DNA from: Armatimonadota bacterium
GTDB taxonomy: Bacteria > Armatimonadota > Zipacnadia > Zipacnadales > UBA5352
Direction: 5' to 3'
Assembly (NCBI GenBank): GCA_046540615.1
Contig: JBKHFA010000002.1
Coordinates: 1-47,482 of the forward strand
Length of the DNA: 47,482 bases
Made by a program: the position numbers and the translations under genes. A model generated the notes under the pieces. The model was not told the DNA's origin and searched no databases. It saw nothing but the letters and a program-made list of their open reading frames with translations. This document shows, one piece after another, positions 40,910-47,482 of the stretch; the first letter of the stretch is position 1; each line of letters opens with the position of its first letter.

Positions 40910-42334
40910 ATGGACCTGCGAGTGTGCCGAAGCATGATGTGCCTGGCTGCGATCGCCGCGCTGCTGTCCGCTTCGTTGTGCGTGGCCGACGACTACGTGG
41001 GCTTTCTCACGGACGGGACGGGCGAGTATCCGGACGCGAATCCGGTGACGACGTGGTCGGCGGAGGAGAACGTCATCTGGAAAACGCAGATGCCCGACGG
41101 GAGCAACTCTCTGCCGGTGATCGTCGGTGAGAGGCTCTTTGTCTGCTCTGAGCCGGCGACCCTGCTGTGCGTTGACACGAGCAGCGGGGAGATCACCTGG
41201 GAGGCGAGCAACGCACCCGCGAACATCGCGCCCGAGGATGAAGTCGCGAATCTCGAGGCGGAGACCGAGGAATACAATCGCCTTCGCGGCGAACTCGGCA
41301 GAGCCGGCCGGGAGATGCGGAATGTCCGCAAGGAGCTGCAGGACGATCAGGACAATGCTGAGTTGAAGCAGAAGTTCGCCGAGCTTCAGGCGCGTCAGAA
41401 AGAGTTGCAGGCGGAGATCAGGCCTTACGAGGACACGTGGTACGTTCGGCCGCCGGCGCACAATTACAACGGATACTCAAGCCCCACTCCGATCACCGAC
41501 GGCCAGCACGTCTGGGTGGTCTTCGGGACGGGAATCGCGGCATGTTACGACGTCGAGGGCAACCGGGTCTGGGCGCGCTTCATCGAAAAGCCGCCGAATT
41601 CGTGGGGAACCTCGAACACTCCGGTGCTGGCAGACGGGAAGCTGATCCTGCACATCGACGCGATGCGGGCGCTCGACCCGCTGACCGGCGAAGAGATCTG
41701 GAGTCGGCCGGAGGCGAGTTGGAACTGGGGCACCTCGTGGGTGCATGAGATCGAGGGCACTCCGTTGATCATCACCTCCAGCGGGGACATCGTCCGCGCG
41801 GCGGACGGCGAGATCGTCGTCAGCCTGCCGAGCAATCTCGCGTGGGGCTCGGGACCAGTGGTCGAGGACGGGGTGCTTTATTACATCGACAGCCAGGGCA
41901 AGAACGCCACGTCAAAGGCGTGGGCGCTTCCTGACACACTCGAGGAGCCCTTCGAGCCGGAGTTGCTGTGGGAGGCTGAGCCGAACAAGAATCGCTACTA
42001 CGCGTCACCGATCATCGAGGACGGGTTGATCTACGCCATCACGCGGCACAATTTTCTCTCATGCATCGACGCCGCGACCGGCGAGATTGTCTACGAGGAA
42101 ACGCTTGATTTCGGCAAGGGCGATGTCTTTGCCAGCATCGTCCTTGCGGGCGACTACCTGATGACCACGCATGAGAACGGGACGACGATCGTCTTCGAGC
42201 CGGGCCGCAAGTACGTCGAGGTTGCGAAGAATCAACTTGGTGACATGGTCCGCAGCACGCCGGTGTTTGACGGCGACAGGATGTACGTTCGCGGATACGA
42301 TGCCCTTTACTGCATCGGCCCGACGGAGGGGTAG
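40910..42334 (+). CDS. secreted PQQ-like beta-propeller protein with inserted coiled coil
   Basis: GGAGGA at 40895-40900 lies 9 nt before ATG 40910. Signal peptide MMCLAAIAALLSASLCVA. Blades (GERLFVCSEPATLLCVDTSSGEITWE, DGKLILHIDAMRALDPLTGEEIW, DGLIYAITRHNFLSCIDAATGEIVY). A ~65-aa heptad-like insert is encoded at 41234-41431. C-terminal STPVFDGDRMYVRGYDALYCIG. Confidence 0.75.
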   Translation: MDLRVCRSMMCLAAIAALLSASLCVADDYVGFLTDGTGEYPDANPVTTWSAEENVIWKTQMPDGSNSLPVIVGERLFVCSEPATLLCVDTSSGEITWEASNAPANIAPEDEVANLEAETEEYNRLRGELGRAGREMRNVRKELQDDQDNAELKQKFAELQARQKELQAEIRPYEDTWYVRPPAHNYNGYSSPTPITDGQHVWVVFGTGIAACYDVEGNRVWARFIEKPPNSWGTSNTPVLADGKLILHIDAMRALDPLTGEEIWSRPEASWNWGTSWVHEIEGTPLIITSSGDIVRAADGEIVVSLPSNLAWGSGPVVEDGVLYYIDSQGKNATSKAWALPDTLEEPFEPELLWEAEPNKNRYYASPIIEDGLIYAITRHNFLSCIDAATGEIVYEETLDFGKGDVFASIVLAGDYLMTTHENGTTIVFEPGRKYVEVAKNQLGDMVRSTPVFDGDRMYVRGYDALYCIGPTEG

Positions 42335-42377
42335 GAGGTCGGCGCACCAGGACCCCCTCGCGAGGAGGCACGCCCGC

Positions 42378-44114
42378 ATGAGCGGACAGCCCGTCCCGGA
42401 GGCCCACGCTCCGGATGAGATCAAGCATGTCCCGCAGGATGCGACGGTCCGGGAGCAGATCCGGAGTGTCGCGGCCGAGGTTGCCTGCGGTATCCCGCGC
42501 GAGGTTGCGCCATCTCGCGAACACCTCCGTGCGCTGGGCGCCGGTGTGCTTGCGCGCCTCGAGCTTTCAGAGAGCTTCCTCGGCTTCGCGATGGTCTGCG
42601 TGAGCAATGCGTTCTGGCGTGAGCAGTTCGAGGCGGTGCCGCCGGGCAGGCGTCTGCTGCTGCTGCCGAAGTGCCTCCGCGACCCCGTCGCCTGCGAGGG
42701 CACCTTTGATTCGATCGGCCTGCACTGCGCGGGCTGCGGCGCGTGCGTCATCGGCGATCTCGTCGCGCAGGCACGCGCGCTTGGGCACTCCGTGATCGTG
42801 GCGGAGGGGACCTCCTCGGTCATCATGAAGGTGCTTGAGGGGGAGGCCGACGCGATCCTCGGGGTGGCGTGCCTCGATTCGCTTGACGAGTCATTCGAGC
42901 CGATCGCCGAACTCGGCGTCGCGAACCAGGCGCTGCCTCTGCTGCGAGATGGCTGTGAGCGCACTGAGGCCGAACCCGATCTGATTGCCGAACTGATGAC
43001 CGCCGCGCGGGACTCGGCCGCTGCGACAACGCGGACGCCGATCCCTCTGCTGCGCGCGGCTCGCGCCATCTTCGAGCGCGATGCTCTCGAAGAGATCCTC
43101 CGGCCGCATGTCAGCGATGGCGCACTGGCCGACGGCGCGGACGCAGATCCGATGCTGCAGACGGAGGCGCTCGGCGTTGAGTGGTTGCGCGGCGGTGGAA
43201 AGCGCCTGAGGCCCTTCGTGACCGTGGCCGCGTGCTGCCTCGGACGGCACGGGCTTGACGCGCTCGCAGCCAGGGCGGATGTTGACGGCATGCTCGGGCG
43301 ATCCCTGTGCGCACTCGGCGTGGCGATCGAGGCGCTGCACAAAGCATCGCTGATCCACGACGACATCGCGGACGGAGATGAGTTCCGCTACGGTCGCGCC
43401 ACGATGCATGCGAGCCACGGAGTCGGTCGCGCGCTGAATGTCGGTGACTGGCTGATCGGTCTCGGCTACCGCCTGATCGCCGCGCAGGCCGACGCTCTCG
43501 GTGACGGGTGTGTCGCGGACGTGCTCGCGCGGCTTTCGAGCGCGCAGCTTGCGCTCAGCCGGGGGCAGGGCGCGGAGCTTGCGTGGGTTGGCCGCGAGGT
43601 GGAGGCGCTGCGCGCGGTCGATGCGCTGCGCATCGGCGCGCTGAAGACCGCGCCCGCGTTCGAGGTGGCGCTTTTCACCGGTCTCCGCGCGTCCGGCGCG
43701 GAGTTCGACGAGGCGCTGATACGCAGGTTCTCGATGTACCTTGGCGAGGCCTACCAGGTGCTCAACGATCTTGAGGACTGGCGGTCGGATCGTTCGAACA
43801 AGGTGGCGCTGGGCCGCGATGTACTCACCGGCCGCCCGACGATTCTGCGCGCCTTCGCGATGGAGGCCGGCGGATGGGATCGACTCGCCGAGGCGGGGCA
43901 GCTTGATAACGCGGAGGAGATCGTGCGGCGGGTCAGGGCGCTTTATGACGACGTCGGCGCTTTCGACCGGGCGCGGGCGCTCGTGGACGGCCTGCGCGAG
44001 CGCTGCCTCGGCCTGGCGGAGGGCGCATCCCCGGAGGCCATCGGCGAACTGCTGTGCTTTCTCACGAAGACGATCCTGCGCGAGCGCAAGGAATCCGAGG
44101 GCATGAGGGGCTGA
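42378..44114 (+). CDS. DUF116 - polyprenyl (trans-isoprenyl) diphosphate synthase fusion protein
   Basis: GAGGAGG lies 9 nt before ATG 42378. N-terminal DUF116-type block RRLLLLPKCLRD..CEG.....GLHCAGCGACVIGDL...GHSVIVAEGTSSVIMKVLEGEADAILGVACLDSL. C-terminal GGKRLRPF...ALHKASLIHDDIADGDEFRYGR (first DDxxD) and GEAYQVLNDLEDW (second motif as NDxxD). The track ORF start at 42171 overlaps the previous gene. Confidence 0.75.
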   Translation: MSGQPVPEAHAPDEIKHVPQDATVREQIRSVAAEVACGIPREVAPSREHLRALGAGVLARLELSESFLGFAMVCVSNAFWREQFEAVPPGRRLLLLPKCLRDPVACEGTFDSIGLHCAGCGACVIGDLVAQARALGHSVIVAEGTSSVIMKVLEGEADAILGVACLDSLDESFEPIAELGVANQALPLLRDGCERTEAEPDLIAELMTAARDSAAATTRTPIPLLRAARAIFERDALEEILRPHVSDGALADGADADPMLQTEALGVEWLRGGGKRLRPFVTVAACCLGRHGLDALAARADVDGMLGRSLCALGVAIEALHKASLIHDDIADGDEFRYGRATMHASHGVGRALNVGDWLIGLGYRLIAAQADALGDGCVADVLARLSSAQLALSRGQGAELAWVGREVEALRAVDALRIGALKTAPAFEVALFTGLRASGAEFDEALIRRFSMYLGEAYQVLNDLEDWRSDRSNKVALGRDVLTGRPTILRAFAMEAGGWDRLAEAGQLDNAEEIVRRVRALYDDVGAFDRARALVDGLRERCLGLAEGASPEAIGELLCFLTKTILRERKESEGMRG

Positions 44115-44117
44115 GTC

Positions 44118-45032
44118 GTGGGATACCTTGATCTGCTCGACGGCATACTTCGCGGCGGCGCGCATGGCCTTGGGGAGAGCTTTGCCGCTGCACAGGCCGC
44201 GTGGATCGAGTGCCGCGAGTTGCCCGACGGCGGCTTCGCGGGCCGCCGCGGCGGCAATGCGGACGTGTATTACACGGATTTCGCCCTGCGCGCGCTGGAC
44301 CTCGTCGCCGGTGAGACGCCCATCTTCGCGACGACCGCGCGGCACCTCCAGTGGACGGCCCGCTCTCCCGCCGACGTCACCGCCGCCTTCAGCCTCCTCA
44401 GTTGCGCCCGAACGCTTCGCCGCCACGACCTCAGCGTTCGCTGTGATCGTCGTTCGGTCGAACGCGCGATCGGTTCACAGGCTCTCCCGGGCGGCGCGTT
44501 CGGGCCTCCCGAGGTGCTCAGCGCGAGCGCCTATCAGACATTCCTCGCGGTCCTCTGCCTGCAGATGCTCGGACAGGACGCTCCCTCCGAGGAGACCTGC
44601 GCGGAGATGGCCGCGCTGCAGCGGGACTCGGGCGGATTCGCCGAGCGCGCTGACGGCGATCGGGCGCAGACGAACGCGACCTCCGCCGCGGTCGCGGTGC
44701 TGCTGATGGGCAACGCGCTCGCGCAGATCGATCTTCCGGCCGTTGCCCGGTTCATCATCGACAGACAGGCCCCTGACGGCGGCCTCTGCGCTCACGCCGA
44801 CGCGACCGGAGGCGACCTTCTCTCGACCTTCACCGGTCTGCTGACACTGGCACTGATCGGCGCGCCGTCGGAGCTTGATCTGCCTGCGCTCGGCCGCTTC
44901 GTGCGCGGCGCGGCGCATGCGGGCGGTGGCTTCGGTGCGCTGCCGGGCGACCCGCAGGCGGATGTCGAGTACACGTTCTACGGCATCGCGACATTCGGCC
45001 TGCTGCGCTCGCTCGTCGAGGGGGCGGGCTGA
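44118..45032 (+). CDS. prenyltransferase / squalene-oxidase repeat (alpha-alpha toroid) protein
   Basis: Five repeats carrying GGF/GGL: LPDGGFAGRRGG, LPGGAFGP, QRDSGGFAER, QAPDGGLCAH, HAGGGFGALPG. This pattern resembles protein-prenyltransferase beta subunits and terpene cyclase domains. No DxDD motif. Confidence 0.65.
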   Translation: MGYLDLLDGILRGGAHGLGESFAAAQAAWIECRELPDGGFAGRRGGNADVYYTDFALRALDLVAGETPIFATTARHLQWTARSPADVTAAFSLLSCARTLRRHDLSVRCDRRSVERAIGSQALPGGAFGPPEVLSASAYQTFLAVLCLQMLGQDAPSEETCAEMAALQRDSGGFAERADGDRAQTNATSAAVAVLLMGNALAQIDLPAVARFIIDRQAPDGGLCAHADATGGDLLSTFTGLLTLALIGAPSELDLPALGRFVRGAAHAGGGFGALPGDPQADVEYTFYGIATFGLLRSLVEGAG

Positions 45033-46312
45033 TGCGGATCTCGCACCTCGCCGCCGGCGCCGCGAACATGTACTGCGGGGCGTGCGCACGCGATGCCGCG
45101 ATGGCGCGAGCTTTGCTCGCGCGTGGACACGAGGTGCAGATCGTGCCGCTCTACACGCCGCTGCGGCTTGATGGCGACGATCTGCCCGTCGCGGATGTGC
45201 AACTTGGGGCATTGAACGCGTATCTGCAGCAGGTCTCCGGTGTGTTCGCGCGCCTTCCGCGACCGCTGGCGCGACTGCTGGACAACGAGCGCCTGCTCCG
45301 CTTCGTCTCGCGCTTCGCGGTGCAGACCGATCCGTCTGTGCTTGGGCCGATGACCGTCTCGGTGCTCGCCGGCGCGGACGGCAGGCAGCAGGCGGAAGTC
45401 GAGCGACTGCTGCAGTTCCTCGAGCACGACGCCCGGCCCGACGTGGTCACGATCACCAACTCGATGCTCTCGGGCGTCGCTCCTCGGATCAAGGAGACGC
45501 TCGGGATCCCCGTGCTCTGCGAGGTCAAGGGCGAGGACGGCTTCATTGAGGCCCTCCCGCCGCCGCATCGGGATGAGGCTGTGGCGCTTGCGCGACGAAA
45601 CGCGCACTCCATCGACCGCTTCATCGCGCCGACGGAGGGCTATGCGAATCAGATGGCGGAGTTCCTCGAGGTGCCACGCGGGCGGATGAAAGTGGTTCGC
45701 ACGATCATCGACGCCGCGGCTCTCGCGAGGAGTGCTCCGCGCCCTCGCGAACCCTTCACCGTCGGCTACGTCTCAGTCATCACGCCGCGCAAGGGTCTGC
45801 ACGTGCTCGTGGACGCGCTGGCGCATTCTGTCGAGGAGGGCCGCGACGTGCGTCTGCGCGTCGCCGGGCAGGTGCTCGACCGAAAGTACTGGCGGGAGAT
45901 TCGGCGTGCGATTCACCGGTGCGGCCTCAGCGAGCAGGTTGACATCCTCGGCGAGGTGACCTTCGCGGAGAAGGTCGCGCTGCTGCATTCGCTGAGCGCG
46001 TTCTGTCAGCCATCGATCAAGCCCGAGGCGCTCGGGACGGCGGCGCTGGAGGCGCAGGCGGCCGGGGTGCCGGTGGTGGCGGCCGATGACGGCGTCTTCC
46101 CGGAGACGTTGGATGTGACGGGCGGCGGAGTGCTCTTCGAGCCCGAGAGCACTGAGGACCTGGCTGTGAGGCTGAGCGAACTGATGGACGATCCGGCGCG
46201 CGCGGATGCGATGGGGGAGAGCGGCGCGCGGGGAGTGGCCGAGCACTTTTCCGCCGAGGCGGCGGCTTCGGCGATGGAGCGGATACTGGCCGACGTGACA
46301 GCCAACGCGTGA
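45032..46312 (+). CDS. GT4-family (GT-B fold) glycosyltransferase
   Basis: ATGA overlap with the upstream gene. C-terminal E-x7-E region CQPSIKPEALGTAALEAQAAGVPVVAADDGVFPETL..GGGVLFEP. Confidence 0.8.
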   Translation: MRISHLAAGAANMYCGACARDAAMARALLARGHEVQIVPLYTPLRLDGDDLPVADVQLGALNAYLQQVSGVFARLPRPLARLLDNERLLRFVSRFAVQTDPSVLGPMTVSVLAGADGRQQAEVERLLQFLEHDARPDVVTITNSMLSGVAPRIKETLGIPVLCEVKGEDGFIEALPPPHRDEAVALARRNAHSIDRFIAPTEGYANQMAEFLEVPRGRMKVVRTIIDAAALARSAPRPREPFTVGYVSVITPRKGLHVLVDALAHSVEEGRDVRLRVAGQVLDRKYWREIRRAIHRCGLSEQVDILGEVTFAEKVALLHSLSAFCQPSIKPEALGTAALEAQAAGVPVVAADDGVFPETLDVTGGGVLFEPESTEDLAVRLSELMDDPARADAMGESGARGVAEHFSAEAAASAMERILADVTANA

Positions 46313-46326
46313 GTGGAGGAACCGAG

Positions 46327-46479
46327 ATGGCGAAGAAGCTCTGCAAGCTGGCGAAGAAGGATGACCTGAAGGCCATCGCCGAGGCCGCGCGCGAGGGCAC
46401 GTACATCTGCAAAAAGTGCGGCCGCACGGCCTCGGACAAGAAGTACCTCTGCAAGTCGGTCGCGGTGGAGGATTTGTAG
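46327..46479 (+). CDS. 50-aa Lys/Cys-rich small protein (below the ORF-track size cutoff)
   Basis: GGAGGA at 46315-46320 lies 6 nt before ATG 46327. Translation: MAKKLCKLAKKDDLKAIAEAAREGTYICKKCGRTASDKKYLCKSVAVEDL, stop TAG 46477-79. It starts 14 nt after the GT4 stop and contains a CxxC knuckle plus two further Cys. Confidence 0.5.
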   Translation: MAKKLCKLAKKDDLKAIAEAAREGTYICKKCGRTASDKKYLCKSVAVEDL

Positions 46480-46642
46480 GCGGGTCGTTGTCGCTACGCG
46501 GCACGGATGTCTCGCCTGTGCGCTGTTCGTGGTGGTTCCTCACGTCGCTGCAGAGGCGAAACACTCACGGGCGAGGACCTGTCGCACGGGACACGACGAA
46601 CGGCACAGGCCAGCACGGGGGCTGGCCTCTCCAACGACCACG

Positions 46643-46684
46643 GCAAACGACCCGGAGTCCGGGCGCCCCCGCCCGGACGCTGTT
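46643..46684. repeat. solo copy of the REP-like element seen at 1-270
   Basis: GCAAACGACCCGGAGTCCGGGCGCCCCCGCCCGGACGCTGTT. Hairpin TCCGGGCG-cccc-CGCCCGGA at 46658-46677. It closely matches 58-92 and the CAAACGAC lead-in at 104-111. It lies between convergent genes, next to a second hairpin GGCCAGC-acgggg-GCTGGCC (46608-46627). Confidence 0.7.
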
Positions 46685-46703
46685 CCGCTGGCCCTTTCCG
46701 AGC

Positions 46704-47482
46704 CTACCCCAGGTCCTCGATCTCCACGACCTTGCGCTCCATCATGGCCTCGTCCGCCGCATACGCGATGAGGTGGCCGTAGACCGAGTCGAGCACGTCC
46801 GTCGAGGAGATCGAGCGCTCCTCGCCGCGCACGGCGTTCACGAAGTCCTCGACGAGGCGCAGGTCGCCGCCACCGTGCATGTCCATGCTCACGTTCAGTT
46901 CCACGGTCTCCTCGGAGTACTCATGGCCCTCGCGCGCGTCCGGGTGGCGCACCACGAATGAACCGTCCTCCATGAAGCCCTGGATCTCGCCCTCGGTGCC
47001 CCAGATGTGCACGTGGCGGCCAGGCTGAGCGGTCCCCGTGACCAGATCGTGGCTGGCGGTCGCGCCGTTCTCGAACTCGATGATGACCGACTGGTGGTCC
47101 ATCACGTCGCCCTCTGTGCGGTAGACGCAGCAGCCGAAGGGGCTGTCCTCACGCAGGGAGCGCTCTTTGTCCTCGATGGTGGGGTTCTCGATGTGCTCGA
47201 TCGGCTCGAACGCGTACATCCCCCAGCGGCCCTGCTCGATGTAGTTCTTGCGCGCTGAGTACTGGCACTCGGCCTCGATCTCGCAGTCCACGAGGCAGCG
47301 CGTGCCCGAACCCTCGGGCGCGTTCTCCTCGGTGAAGACCGTCCGCGCGCCCATGCTGGAGACGTAGGCCGGACGATGACCGGAGTAGTACCACGTAAGC
47401 AGGTCGAGATCGTGGCAGCACTTGGCGAGCAGGATCGGGTTGGTCGCCCGCTGGCTCCAGCGCCCGCGGATGAACGCCACCG
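46704..47482 (-). CDS. Gfo/Idh/MocA family oxidoreductase (C-terminal part; gene continues past the window end)
   Basis: Open to the window edge. C-terminal alpha/beta domain blocks RWSQRATNPILLAKCCHDLDLLTWY...GATASHDL are typical of this family. The N-terminal Rossmann domain lies outside the window. Confidence 0.75.
   Translation of the reverse strand, partial: VAFIRGRWSQRATNPILLAKCCHDLDLLTWYYSGHRPAYVSSMGARTVFTEENAPEGSGTRCLVDCEIEAECQYSARKNYIEQGRWGMYAFEPIEHIENPTIEDKERSLREDSPFGCCVYRTEGDVMDHQSVIIEFENGATASHDLVTGTAQPGRHVHIWGTEGEIQGFMEDGSFVVRHPDAREGHEYSEETVELNVSMDMHGGGDLRLVEDFVNAVRGEERSISSTDVLDSVYGHLIAYAADEAMMERKVVEIEDLG

Noticed and set aside
1-47482. tRNA, rRNA, transposase/integrase, prophage, toxin-antitoxin or known defence-system genes
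   Set aside because: Intergenic regions are short and none folds into an obvious cloverleaf by eye. No product shows DDE, tyrosine or serine recombinase, Cas, restriction-modification, Abi or TA hallmarks.

Overview
High-GC (roughly two-thirds G+C by eye), gene-dense bacterial chromosomal segment with about 41 supportable CDS. I recognised no rRNA, tRNA, CRISPR array, transposase, integrase or phage genes. Many long Arg/Pro/Ala-rich ORFs in the track are antisense shadows of real genes. Left part (1-8.5 kb): housekeeping and salvage genes (dtd, TPR protein, MBL hydrolase, SPOR protein, deoB plus thymidine/pyrimidine-nucleoside phosphorylase, metallophosphoesterase, PqqD-like protein, Usp), preceded by a REP-like palindromic repeat array. 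8.5-18.5 kb: a minus-strand cluster with two paralogous URO-D/MtaA-like TIM-barrel proteins flanking a corrinoid adenosyltransferase (cobO) and a membrane protein, then an alpha/beta hydrolase, a divergent CBM+GH42-like glycosidase and a DUF3604/PHP-like protein. 18.7-36.4 kb holds the most unusual content. It is a ~17.7-kb, 12-gene, largely translationally coupled minus-strand operon. It encodes a NuoE-NuoF fusion, a 2Fe-2S/GltD-like flavoprotein, a NapH-like membrane polyferredoxin, a TAT-exported NapG-like ferredoxin and an 81-aa TAT-signal Cys-rich protein absent from the ORF track as such. It also encodes an NHL lipoprotein, four PQQ-like (BamB-like) beta-propeller proteins (one with a ~20-triplet collagen-like GXY stalk) and a MacB/FtsX-type ABC machine. 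No recognisable terminal oxidoreductase is present. Divergently transcribed from the same ~250-bp control region (36.6-46.5 kb) is a terpenoid-type cluster. It contains a ferredoxin, a B12-domain radical SAM enzyme, a squalene-hopene-cyclase-like class II cyclase (DADDTA), another beta-propeller, a DUF116-polyprenyl synthase fusion, a prenyltransferase-repeat protein, a GT4 glycosyltransferase and a 50-aa Cys-rich ORF. The window ends inside a Gfo/Idh/MocA oxidoreductase gene. All functional calls come from reading motifs by eye; no database search was possible.
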